Part shown: positions 44,533 through 57,197 of the stretch, piece by piece
Position numbering within the stretch: the stretch's first letter is position 1
How the letters are laid out: each line of letters starts with the position of its first letter
Origin: Torpedo marmorata
Lineage: Eukaryota
Reading direction: 5' to 3'
DNA: 64,000 nt
Assembly: GCA_977017645.1 (NCBI GenBank)
Contig: OZ360231.1
Location: 78,120,001-78,184,000, forward strand
The notes under the pieces: model-generated
Told to the model about the DNA's origin: nothing
Databases searched by the model: none
What the model saw: only the letters and a program-made list of their open reading frames with translations
Position numbers and translations under genes: made by a program

Positions 44533-45447
44533 ACACTGAGGCTCGACACATCAGAAGGAGGCAGAAAGTTCTTCAAGACGCCCCAGGAAGCTGCGGACTT
44601 TGTTCGAGACCTCCCAGGGAGATCCTAAGGTTTGGAGAGAAGAACGAGGAGGAAAGAAGGACTTTGATTGAACTTAAAGTGGGACGCTGGTTAAGAGGGA
44701 TGGTTTTGTTGTCTGTAATAGTATCGTTATACTGAGTTGTGTTATATTGTGTAAATAATGGTTTTTAAGGTAAATAACATAAAGAAGCAAAGAGCCCGGG
44801 GGGAGTTGGGCGGTACAAAGTTAGCTGGTTAGCTAGTTAATTAAGTATGCCAAAGAAGGCATTAAGTGCACCCCGTCTTGAGGGGGTTGATGGCGCCAAA
44901 GGAGTGGGTGTTGTTGTTGGTGCTGGAGCAAGGGGAAGGGATATTTTTGGGGTTTTGTTTTTAGTGTCATCATCAGTGCTGAAGAGATATATATATATAT
45001 TATTGTAAAAAGGGACAGACACACCATAGAAAAAAAATATGCAAAGGGGCTATAAAAGTGGGATAGAACTGTGTATATATTCAAATGAGTAAGACTATAA
45101 GGTTTCTTAGTTTTAATGTTAATGGATTGAACGGACCCATAAAGAGGAAAAGAGTCTTGGCACACCTTAAAAAGCTACAGGCAGATATAGTTTTCTTACA
45201 GGAAATGCATCTTACAAAGCAGGAGCATAGCAAATTAAAAAGAGGTTGGGTGGGGCAGGTAGCTGCATCTTCTTTTAACTCCAAAGCTAGGGGGGTAGCT
45301 ATTGTTACAAAATCAAACCAGCAACGACAGAAGAGGCAATGCAAAAGGGGTAAAATTGAAATTTATATTTATTAAAGACAATTAAACATATAATGCCACA
45401 ACAATTAACCCCACTATAAACGTCTATAAACACTATTCTTATCTAAA

Positions 45448-45492
<45 letters not shown>

Positions 45493-48400
45493 GCCCAGAC
45501 CATTACAGTCTGTGCCCAACCCTCATGTAAAAATGGAAAAACTTTCCCCAAAAACCCCAGGTCAGTCATAAAAACAAGTCAGTCAGAAAAATAATACAGT
45601 CCACAAAAATTCACTCTCTGTGTTCAGGATCCAAATTCAGCTCTGTGTGCTGGCACGAAGGACTTCTTAATGAACGTTGGAGAGAGACAATGACTGTTTA
45701 TGCTTACGAATACTTGGCTTGCTTTTCTTCTCTGATGACTTTCCTTTTTGGTAGAGATTAACGAGGATTGCAACTCCAAATCAGTATACCACTGATTGAG
45801 GCGTGTACTTGGATCTCACAGCCGGTCTCGCTGATCTCACGCCTGTTCTCCACAAAAGTTGCTTTAACTCAAGGATTTTGCTGAGACAGGAGGCCATGTG
45901 CTATTCTCCCAGCCTTTTTCCCTGGGATGCACAAGCCTGGATTTTGCTGTGTTCTCTAGCCTTTGCAACTCCAAAACTGCCACTGAACCTCAATGCTTTT
46001 TGCAGAGGTTTGCACCTGCTTTTGCAAAAGTGCAACAAAGTATCTTTTCCACAGCCTGTCTCTCTCTCTCTGGTTTCTCTCTCTCTCTGGGTACACCAAG
46101 TCCTGGGCAAGTTAACTCTTTCAGTACATGGTCCCAGTGTGTACTCCAAAAGACTTCATCCTTCCTGCTGACCGTCCGCAGTCCAAATGGTCAGTCATGG
46201 TCCACATAACACTACCTTAATAAATAAAAATGTTCCGGTGGTGGTTGGGGACACAGTTGTTGACTCGGCAGGAAGATATGTGATGGTACATTGTCAGATT
46301 TACTCAGAACCCTGGACACTCTTGAATCTTTACGCACCAAATTTTGATGACGAGTCATTTATGCAGGATATTTTTTTGAGAGTGACAGGAGGACGACAAA
46401 ACGTTTTGATTGGTGGGGATTTTAACTTCTGTCTGGATCCCATTCTGGATAAATCGGCAAAGACAGTTAAGAAAGCAAGGGCGGCTAAAACAACCTTGGC
46501 TTTCATGAAAGATTTAAACCTAATAGATGTATGGAGTCAGTTGCTCCCTCAAGCGAGAGACTACTCCTTTTATTCAAAGCCCCATGATTCCTACACCAGA
46601 ATTGACTATTTCCTGATGTCTGCACAATTAGAAGGCAGAGTGACTGAATCGGAATATCAAGCCAGACTTTTATCGGACCACACGCCTTTGATTTTGTCTA
46701 TGGTAATGCCAGATAAACAAGCTAATGCGTACAGATGGCGCCTTAATTCTACGCTGTTGAAAAGACAAGATTTCTGTAGTTTAATAAGGGGTCAAATAAG
46801 TTTGTTTTGCAAATCAAACTGACCCTCTATTAATAATAGTTTTCTAATATGGGACACATTGAAGGCGTATTTAAGGGGGCAAATAATTTCATACAACAAA
46901 AGTGTCAAGAAAAAATATATGGCGGAAATAAACAATTTGGAAGGGGAGATTTTAAAATTGGAAAAGGAATACCAACAGTCGGGATCGAAAGAAAAATATC
47001 AAACTTTGGTAAATAAGAAACTTAAATATAATACTTTACAAACATACAAAACGGAGAAGGACATTTTAAGATCCAAGCAGAAATTCTACAAATTAGGGGG
47101 AAAAGCACATAACGTTTTGTCTTGGCAATTGAGGACAGAGGAGACTTCGAGGACAATTAATGCAGTTCAGTCGGAACCGGATAAGATATCGTACAATCCA
47201 AAAGAGATCAATGACACTTTTAAACAGTTTTATGCAAAATTGTATGAGTCAGAGTCACCAAGTGGCTCAACTAAAATAGATAAGTTCTTGTCCACGATTG
47301 AATTGCCAAAGTTGGACCAGGAGGATCAGATGGAATTAGATGCCCCATTCTCCGAAGAGATCGAAAAAGCCTTGGGTTCTCTACAGGCGAATAAATCGCC
47401 GGGAGAAGATGGTTTCCCTCCTGAGTTCTACAGAGAGTTTAAGGATCTTTTGATGCCTCTTATTATGAATGTAGTTAACCAGGCAGCGGAAACACGGACT
47501 CTCCCGGAATCCTTTTCAACAGCTATTATTACGGTTATACCAAAGAAAAATAGAGACTCATTAAAACCTTCTTTATACAGGCCCATTTCATTATTAAATG
47601 TGGACTACAAAATAATAGCCAAGGCATTGGCTAATAGATTGGGTCAATATTTACCAAATTTGATAAATTCAGACCAAGATGGTTTTATTAAGAAGAGACA
47701 CTCGGCCAACAATTTGGGCAGACTATTTGGCACAATCAAAGGCAGACCCAAGTATAGCCGTGTATTTGGATGCAGAAAAAGCTTTCGATAGGCTGGAATG
47801 GCCTTTCTTATTTAAAGTACTGGAGAAATTTGGATTGGGGGAATCATTTATTAATTGGGTAAGAATGCTCTATTACAAACCTCGGGCCAAGATCATTACG
47901 AATGGCCAGATATCGTCGACATTCCCCTTAAGTAGGTCCAGCAGACAGGGTTGTCCACTGTCTCCAGGTCTTTTTATCTTGGCAATTGAGCCACTGGCAG
48001 ACTCTATTAGACGGGACCCAGACATAAAAGGATTCAGGGTGGACCAGGTGGATCATAAAATTAATTTATTTGCAGATGATATGCTGTTGTTTTTGACAGA
48101 CCCTGCCGAGTCCTTGGCCAGGTTGCAGACCACACTGGAAGATTACGGCATGATTTTGGGTTACAAAATCAATTTAGAAAAAAGTGAGATCATGCCGTTG
48201 ACAAAATTTGATTACGGGGAATATCAACAAAGGAGTCGTTTTAAATGGGAACCAAATGGTATTAAATATTTAGGAATAATGATAGATAATAATTTGCAAA
48301 ATTTGTATAGACTTAACTACCTCCCTATGCTTGGAAAGATTGAAGACGATTTACTTAGGTGGAGGAACCTGCCCATTACTCTAGTGGACAGGGTGAACTG

Positions 48401-50016
48401 CATTAAAATGAAGGTGATGCCGAGACTGCAATACCTCTTTCAGTCCTTGCCAATCCCATTGCCGCGGGTCTTTTTTAAAACACTTAACGGATACGTAAGG
48501 CAATTTATCTGGAGTGGTAAGGTCTCCAGAGTTTCCATGGAGAAGCTGACATGGGATTACAATTTGGGGTGTTTGCGATTACCAGATTTTAAGAAATATT
48601 ATTTAGCAGCTCAATCGAGGTTTCTTTCATCCTTTTTCGAGGGGGACGATCCCCCCTCTTGGGTCCAACTTGGACTACACACCATAGGAGAGAAAATAGC
48701 GAAGGATTTTTATCTACAAATGGAACACCAAATTAATATCTGGGCGAACGGACAATCCCATTCTAAAACATATGATTAAGATTTGGCAGGAAATCATTGA
48801 ATGCACTGGAGGAAAGGTGGAAATATCACCAAAGGCACCTTTGATCCAAAATGAAACTATACCCATGGCTTTGGGTAACAAAATTTTAAACATCTGGCAC
48901 CAGAAGGGACTCCGATATATTGAAGACTGTTATGAGAAAGGGCAACTTATGTCTTTTGAGCAATTGAAGAGTAAATATGATTTGTCTAATGGAACCTTCT
49001 ACTGTTTTCTTCAACTAAGGCCCTTCTTGAGGGATAGATGGGGTCCTACAATAACCCCACCTAAGTGTAATGAAATGGAAAAGTTGCTTCGATTGGGAAA
49101 TGCACCTAAATTCATATCTAGAATGTATTTCGTACTCCAAAGCGAAAGCCCTAAGCCAGGCCTACAAAGTTCGAGAGAGAGGTGGGATTCGGACCTGGGA
49201 ACAACAATTCACGAACGATGCTGGTCAGATTGGTGTTTAGATAGCATTAATGCCAGATATAGGCTGGTTCAATATAATTTCCTACACCAATTGTATCTAA
49301 CACCACAAAAACTACACAAGTCAAAGCCAGAGATATCAGAAATGTGTTTTAGGTGTGGGATAGAAATTGGATCCTTTTTACACTCCACCTGGTCATGTGC
49401 AAAGGTAAGGCCCTTTTGTCATGATTTAGCTAACGCACTAACTAGCATTATGGGAGTAGTCTTCCCACTAGACCCGGAGTTGTATCTTTTAGGAAACCTC
49501 ATGGACATAAGCAACAGATTATCTAAATTCCAAATTCAATTTGTAAAAGTTGCTCTGTCCGGAGCAAAAAAATGCATCGCAGTTACTTGGAAGTCCGACT
49601 CCCCCCTTCTCATCACTCGATGGTCTACGGAAATGTACAGCTGTATCCCCATGGAAAAAATTACATATAGTCTTAGAAATAAGTACGATAACTTTGTTAA
49701 ATTGTGGCAACCATAATTGGAGCACATTGGTGCTCAGTTGTAATGAAACCTCTGAGCTATGGTGTACTGTAAGGTATAATTATTTTAAGGGTGTGTCATC
49801 CCCAAATACTTGGATAAAAGTTGTAAGCACTGACGGTACGTTTAGTTTTCTTTCTCTTCTGTTTTGGTTTTATTCTTTTTGGGTGGGGGAGGGAGGGTTA
49901 AGGGGCGTAATGTATTCTGTACATGATACATTTGAAATTTATGTATATTCATGATTGTTGATTAATGTTTTGTGAACATTTTTGAAAATGAAAAATAATA
50001 TTTTTTTAAAAATATT
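44533..50016 (+). mobile_element. L1 element (ORF1 tail and full-length degenerate ORF2), interrupted by a solo LTR
   Basis: EN SFNVNGL..FLQE, GDFN and SDH; RT YRPISLLNVDYK, QGCPLSP and LFADD; C-terminal CFRC..HSTWSC. 13-bp TSD AGTCTTGATGAAA. Confidence 0.92.
45303..46211 (-). mobile_element. Solo LTR of the Gmr1-like family in the L1 endonuclease
   Basis: Reverse-complement homologue of 3610-4487. Splits KARGVAI|LINKN. 4-bp duplication CTAT/CTAC. Confidence 0.92.
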
Positions 50017-50198
50017 AGTCTTGATGAAAGGTCCCCTCCTGAAACATGTGACTGACCATTTCTGCCCATGCATGCTGCCTGACCCTTTGAGTTCCACCAG
50101 CAACTCGTTGTTTACATCTGCAATTTTTAGTTTCTCAGCAGAAATTCATTTCATTGAGCAAGTGCATATTCTATGCAAAGTACTCCCTTTGGAATAAA

Positions 50199-51372
50199 GT
50201 AAAAACACAAATGCTGGAGAAGCTCAGGAGGTTAAACAGTGTCCTTTATGTAGCAAAGGTAGAAATACATAACCGACGTTTAAGGCCAGAGCCCTTCATC
50301 AAAGTATGAGAAAATGCCAGCAGGCGTCCGAACAAAAGAGTGGGGGGGGGGGTGGGGGATGGCAAAGGCAGGAGGTGATAGGTGGAGAAGGGAGGGACGG
50401 GACAGCAGAAATGAGGGGGAGGAGGGATGGCTGGGAGGGTGGAAGAACTGGAAGGACAGGTGAGGGGGGAGGGGAAGGAAAAAGCGAGCAGGGTTAGTGG
50501 AAAGCAGAAAAGTCAATGTTAATGCCATCTGGCTGGAGAGTGCCCAGACGGAAAATAAGGTGTTGTTCCTCCAATTTGCGGGTGGTCTGGGTGGGATAGT
50601 ACATAAGGCCATGGACAGACATGCGAGTGTGGGAATGTGACTTGGAATTGAAATGGTTGACTATTGGAAGGTCGCTGTTGTTGCGGACGGAGAGGAGGTG
50701 CTGAGCGAAGCGATCTCCCAATCTACGTCCGGTCTCTCCGATGTAGAGAATGCCACAAAGGGAGCACCGGATGCAGTAAATAAGTTCTCTGGATGTACAA
50801 GTGAAGTGTTGCTTCACTTGAAAGGCCTGTTTGGGGCCCCGGACTGTGGTGAGGGGGGAGGTGTAGGCGCAGGTGTTGCACCTCCTGCGGGCACAGGGGA
50901 AGGTGCCGGGGGTGCGATGGGTGGGGAGGGATGAGTGTACGAGGGAATCGCGGAGGGAGCAGTCCCTGCGGAAGGCCGAGAGGGGAGGAGAAGGAAAAAT
51001 GTGTCTGGTGGTGGGATCCTGTAGTAAGTGCCGGAAATTCCGGCGGATAATGCGTTGGATGCGGAGGCTGGTGGGGTGGGAGGTGAGGATGAGGGGGATT
51101 CTATGTTTGTTGCTTCTGGGGGCAGAGGGGGCCAGGGCAGATGAGCGGGAAATGGAGGAGATGCGGGTGAGGGCTGAGTTGATGGTGGTGGAGGGGAAGC
51201 CACTTTTGTGGAAGAAGGCAGACATTTCAGAAGATCTGGACTGGAAGACCTCATCTTGGGAACAGATGCGGCAGAGATGGAAAAATTGAGAGAAGGGGAT
51301 GGAACCTTTGCAGGGGACGTGGTGTGAGGAAGTGTAGTCCAGATAGTTGTGGGAGTTGGACGGATTGTAGTA
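50199..51372 (-). mobile_element. Penelope-like 3' portion
   Basis: ORF 50494..51513 contains the RT thumb and GIY-YIG and is highly similar to 28770-29944. Confidence 0.92.
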
Positions 51373-51429
51373 TATGTAATGTATATGTATAGTAGTATAT
51401 AGTATATGTAGTATATGCTCCCTTGGGAA

Positions 51430-51752
51430 ACAGTCTATTTGAACATTACAGCACATAAACAGTCCCTTCAGCCCTTCTAGTTTGTGAAAAACTATTATTC
51501 TGCAGAGTCCCACTGACCTGCTCCACGTCCATGTACCAGTCCAAATTTTTCTTAAATATCAAAATTGAACCCGCATTCACCAATTGAGCTGGCAGCTCAT
51601 TCCACACACCCACCACTCTGTGTGAAGAAGTTCCCCCTAATGTTCCCTTTAAACTTTTCTCCTTTCACCCTTAACACATGCCCTCTAGTTTTTATCTCAC
51701 CTAACCTTAGAGGAAAAAGTCTTCTTGCATTTACTCTATCTCTACCTATCAT
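51430..51752 (-). mobile_element. CR1 LINE 3' fragment
   Basis: Reverse complement encodes FFTQSGGCV and carries the tail gggctgaagggactgtttatgtgctgt. Confidence 0.7.
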
Positions 51753-52324
51753 AACCAATTCAAATGAAAATTAGATTCAGGTAACTTCTTGTTTTAAATG
51801 GAGGGAATACTTTTGAGTATTCAGAATGTGACATACAACTCCCAGGTGACTTTAGTTCCCAAAGTTTTACACTAGTGTTGCCCTTACCTCATCTGTTGTA
51901 GACTGGGCAATTGCCATAATTACTCAAAAACTCCATTACCGTTGTTTATGCGACCATCAGAATCATACAAGGAGAACTAGATGGACCTTGGTCTTTCCTC
52001 ATCTAGTAGTTCCTAGGCACCATCCTCATGGGCAAACACTTTCATCTTCCATCAAATACAAATGGATTACAACAGCAGCTTTTAATCGAACTAATCCTGT
52101 CTTCCATCTCAGAGTTCCAAATTTTGCCGTAAACTGTACCTTTCTGCAACCTTCACTTGCAGAATTGCAGGAAACTGATGCTATGGAACAATGCATGGAA
52201 TTTTCACACGAGAAATATCACTTGGAGATTTGGATTATCCGCAACTCTAAGTTTGAAGTAATTAATGGTCTTAAAATATTAAAAATAATAAGGGCTAGTA
52301 GAGTTCAATACAAGCCAAAGATAG

Positions 52325-52650
52325 AAATCTGAATGAGTAACGAGTTTATTGTCATATACAAGTCCAATGTACAGATGCACCCAAATTCTTACTTGCTGCA
52401 GCCAGACATGTACGCAAGACACACTACAATACAAACTACAATATTACCACAATATGCCATGACAATAGAGATAATAAATACAGAAGGATGGATAAATATT
52501 CACAGTTGCAGTTAGTGCAAGAAAAAAGTGACATCTCAATAGTGCAAATAGATCTTTTAGTGCCCCCAGACTAGTTTTTGATTAGGGGAGGATGGGAAGG
52601 TTCAAGAGCCTGATAACAGTTGGATACAAAACTCTTCTTGAACCTCGAGG
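52325..52650 (-). mobile_element. Rex1/Babar-type 3' tail
   Basis: tttattgtcat tail and ttcaagagcctgataacagttggatacaaactcttcttgaacc (reverse of a RFKKSF.PTVIRLLN motif). Confidence 0.6.
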
Positions 52651-54403
52651 TAAAACACGAAAGTCTGCAGACCCCGTGGTTGAAGTAAAAACATACCGCT
52701 GGAGAAACTCAGCAGGTCAAACAGTGTCCTTTATATAGCAAAGATAAAGATACATAACCAATGTTTTGGGCTTGAGCCCTTCATCAAGGTGTGAAAAAAT
52801 GTAGGCAGGCACCGAACACCCGAAATGATGGGGGGAGGGGCAGGTGGAGGAGCACAGTTCCAAAGGCAGGAGGTAATAGGTGGATAAGGGAGGGATGCAA
52901 ACCAGAAAACAGGGGGAGGAGGGATAGCTCTATGAGTGGAGAGGGGAAGGGGATGGAGAGCTGGAGGAAAGAAGAGAAAGGGAAAAGAGAGAGAACGGAG
53001 TGTAGGCTAGCAGAAACCGGAGAAGTCGATGTTAATGCCATCCAGTTGGAGAGTGCCCAGACGGAAACTTAAGTGTTGCTCCTCCAATTTACGGGTGGTT
53101 TTGGTGGGACAGTCATGAGACCATGGACAGACATGTCAGCTTGGGAGTGGAGCGCGGAATTGATGTGGTTGGCCACTGGGAGATCCCTGTCACTGATGCG
53201 GACAGGGCAAAGGTGTTCAGTGAAGTGATCTCCCAGTCTGCATCCAGTCTCTCTAATGTAGGGAAGGCCACAGTGGGAGCACCGGATGCAGTAGATAACT
53301 CCCGTGGATACTCAAGCGAAGTGCTGCTTCACTTGAAAGGACTGTTTGGGGCCCCGAATGGTGGTGAGGGAGAAGGTGTGGGCGCAGGTGTGACACTACC
53401 TACGGTCGCAGGGGAAGGTGCCAAGGGGGTGATTGTTGGGGAGGGATGAGTGAAAGAAGGAGTCACGGAGGGAGCGGTCCCTACGGAAGGCAGGGACAGG
53501 AGGAGATGGGAAGATGTGTCTGGTGTTTGGATCATGTTGTAGGTGGCAGAAATTACGGAGGCTAATATGTTGGATGCGGAGGCTAATAGGGTGGTAGTTG
53601 AGGACAAGTGGAATCCTGTGTTTGTAACGTCTGGGGCAGATGGGCCAGGGCAGATGAGTGGGAAATGGAGGAGATACAGGTAAGGGCTGAGTTGATGGTG
53701 GTGGAGGGGAAGCCACGTTTGTGGAAGAAGGAGGATATTTCAGATGATCTTGACTGGAAGACATCCTTCTGGGAACAGATAAGGCAGCGATGGAGAAATT
53801 GGAAGAAATTAATAGAATCCTTGCAGGGGACTGGGTGTGAAGTGTAGTCAAGTTAGTTGTGAGAGTTAGTGGGTTTGTAAAATATGTCAATGGAAACTTG
53901 TCTCCTGAGATAGAGACAGAGAGATCAAGAAAGGGGAGAGTGTTCCCCATAGATGGACCAGGTGAATTTGAGATCGGGGTGGAAGTTGGCAGCAAAGTGA
54001 ATGAAATTGACGAGCTCATCACGGGTGCATAAGGCAGCCTCAATGTAGTCATCAATATAGCGGAGGAAAAGTTGAGGGGCTTTGCTTGTGTAGCCTTGCA
54101 GCATGGATTGTTCCACAAAGCCGGCAAACAAGCAGGCATAGCTGGGACCCATGTGGGTACCCATGGCTACTCCTTTGATTTGAAGAAAGTGGGATGAGTC
54201 AAAGGAGAAGTTATTAAGTGTGAGAACAAGTTCTGCCAGGCAGAGGAGGGTGGTGGTGGAGGGTGACTGGTTAGGTCTCTTGTCAAGAAAGAAATGAAGA
54301 GCTTTGAGACCTTCTGTATGGGGGATGGAGGTGCATCCAATTCCCTGAACTTGACCGCCTCATTTTCTCTATGGACATCCAATCCCTTTACATCTCCATC
54401 CCC
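52651..54403 (-). mobile_element. Penelope-like element, degenerate, with a small inverted 5' piece
   Basis: MGTHMGPSYACLF and FLRYIDDYI. About 54338-54403 is Penelope sequence in the + orientation. Confidence 0.88.
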
Positions 54404-54479
54404 AAGATCAATGTGATAAAATAGTTTATCTATTTTTACTGATGTTGAATGCTGGGACTAAGAATTAACCAGAACACTA

Positions 54480-54695
54480 GGATGAGTATCAACTGCCCAG
54501 ATCTTTGGATTCTCTTACATCTTCATGAGACTAGGCAAGTCTTGTCTTAAAAACTCACTAGAAAGTTGTCACCTCCAGTAAACACTCCTTCATTACTGTT
54601 TTGAGAATCAAGCTAGATTTTTGTCATTGTGTATGCAATGGGCCTTGAATCTGAATCCTCTGCTCCAGAGGCAAGTAGGCCATTGGTGAGACCAC
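54480..54695 (-). mobile_element. Degenerate Deu-SINE (SacSINE1-like)
   Basis: The reverse complement gives a tRNA-like head (gcctctggagcagaggattcagattcaagg) and a cagtaatgaaggagtg..actggaggtg core. Confidence 0.45.
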
Positions 54696-54699
54696 AACA

Positions 54700-55165
54700 G
54701 GAGTACTACTGAGTGTAGTTTTGGTCTTCCTGTTTATTATGTTGTAAACAGTTCAGAGAAAGTTTACTAGTTGATATCTGGAATCAACATGTTATCTTAC
54801 AAGGTTGGACAACCTAGGCTGGTTAGAAGAATGGAAAGGTGACTTGGTTGAGGGGCCATGTCAGGGTGGATGTGTCCTCAAGGAGAATCTACAACTGGGC
54901 GGCAGTTTTCAAAAATGAGGGGTTTTCATACAGGGCAGATGAAGCTTTATTTTGAGGGCTGTATCTTTAAAATTCTCTTTCTCAAAAGGCTAGTGGAAGC
55001 AGAGTTTTTGAATAATGAAGCAGAGGTGAGATGAGCAAGGGGATAAAAGGTTACTGCGTGGATAGAACTGCAGAGCTGAGGTTACAACTGGATCAGCCTC
55101 GATCTTATTAAATGGCAAAAGTGACTTGAAGGGCTGAGTGGCTCATTTTTCCTCTCAATTTGTAT
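54700..55165 (+). mobile_element. Degenerate CR1 3' region
   Basis: gagtactactgagtgtagttttggtc, aggtgacttggttgag and the tail gaagggctgagtggctc. Confidence 0.6.
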
Positions 55166-56193
55166 ACTTGCATAGTAAGCTTCTGGTAATCTACACAGAA
55201 ATGATCAGCAAATCATTCTGACTTTGAACTTCATCACCTTTGCTAAATCCTGGGAAAATCTTGTGAAAGCCTTTTCACCAGAAGAACTATCACGGTTCAA
55301 AATGACAACACAAATCATCTTAAGAGCAATTGAGAAAGGCAACAAATGCTGATCTGGGTAAAAATGCTTGTTTTGCTCAGATCACATTTTTTAAAAAACC
55401 TATCCTTCATTCAGCACCCAGCTTTCCAATCTACTCAAAAGGGAGTCCTCTCTGACCTGGACACACTCAGGTGCCCATTGTATTCTTTTTTGTCAATACA
55501 AGAAATAACTGGAAATTGCTCCAAAATGCAGAAAGGTACAGGTAAATTGAAAATAAGCTATTAAACTTGTACTTGAGGAAAAGCATAACATTGCAGTCCT
55601 TGAAATGAACCCCATGGAGTTTCAGTGCCCAGTTATTGTGAGAGACCAAGATTTGTCAATTATCCAATTTCTAAAGTCCCTTTTCTCAGCCATTACCAAT
55701 GTACAGAAGTCAATTAGATCCCTCCCTGTGTAACTGCGGGAACAAATACAATGACATTACAAAGTCATAGACTGGATTTCTTTTTAAAAATGCAAGCCTA
55801 CTTTTAAAGCAACTCAATACAGTCAACTGTAAAAGGCAGCTTTTCAGATAGGAAAAAGAGAAAAGTTATCAAGATTTCAGATTTTGCAATTTCCTGAAAC
55901 TGCAACAACTCAGAATTTGTTCATATTTCCATTTACAATGATGAAAACTATTTGGTGAAAAACTACTGCAATGAAATAGCAAAGCACAGAAGAATTCTTC
56001 TTTAACTGTAGTATTTTAAGGAAACACCAACATATTTGCATACTATTTCAAAGGGCATCTATAGGGCTTTGTAAAATATTCAAGTTGTGAACTCCAAAGG
56101 GACTTTCTAGTGATAAAGGAAAAAAAAGGTAAAGGTTCCATTATTGTCACGTAATACTACATTTAGAATGTAACACATGAAATTCTTTAATTT

Positions 56194-56990
56194 ATTTTTT
56201 TTGAATATTTTATTTGTATTTTTTAAAGCCAAACATATTATCAATAACAAAAATAATACATCATCAAATATAATATTCGTCTGTTGACTATTATACTAAA
56301 AAACAACAACAAAATTACAAACAAAGGAAAACCCACCCACCCAATTCCCCCTCTAAAAGAAAGAAAAGAGAGGAATAGAATAAGAAAAGGTTGAAATAGA
56401 AAAGGAAAGAAGACGTTGGAGGTTCGTCGTCCACCCCGCAGGCTTAAATTACTTGGCATACTCGGATTTTTGAAGAGGAAATGGACATAGGTCCTGGAGG
56501 CAAGGGGGGGGGGCCTGGTTATAGATTTACAGCCATGTGTTGTAAATATGGAGTCCAAATCTTTAAAAATATATCATATCTATTTCTAAGATTATAGGTA
56601 ATCTTCTCAAGGGGAACACAACTGTACTTTCCTCATTCCATCTTGTCATACCTAGATGGGAATCAGACTTCCATGTGACCGCTATACATTTTCTGGCCAC
56701 CGCCAATCCGATCTTCACAAATTTTATTTGAAATTTTGACAGCCTCATCTTAGGTCTTATGCCGGAGATATTGCCCAATAGAAATAATTCTGGCCGTTGT
56801 GGGAACTGAATTTCTGTAATTTGTTCTAAGAGTTTCCCTAAGTCTGTCCAGAAAGGTTTTACTTTGGGGCATGACCAGGTTAAATGTAAAAACGTTCCTA
56901 TTTCTTTGCTGCATCTAAAACATTTATCTGATATTTCTGATTTAAATTTATTCAATTTTTGCAGCGTGAGATACAACTGGTGCAAAAAAT
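56194..56990 (-). mobile_element. L1 3' fragment
   Basis: FNFLHQLYLT...KCFRC...HLTWSCPKVKPFW. TSD TGAAATTCTTTAATTT. Confidence 0.88.
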
Positions 56991-57197
56991 TGAAATTCTT
57001 TAATTTTTGTCTACCGTAAGGCATAACCATAATTTCACTAAAGATAGCAAGCTTTTGCGATATCTGTGAAATTATTGAAATAATTGCATCCAAAACTACC
57101 CAATGGCCACAAAATAGACCTTTACTCATCTCTTCTGAATTGCCCAAGTTTCACAGAAAAATAATACAGCCAAAAAAAAGTCCACAAGAAATCAACC

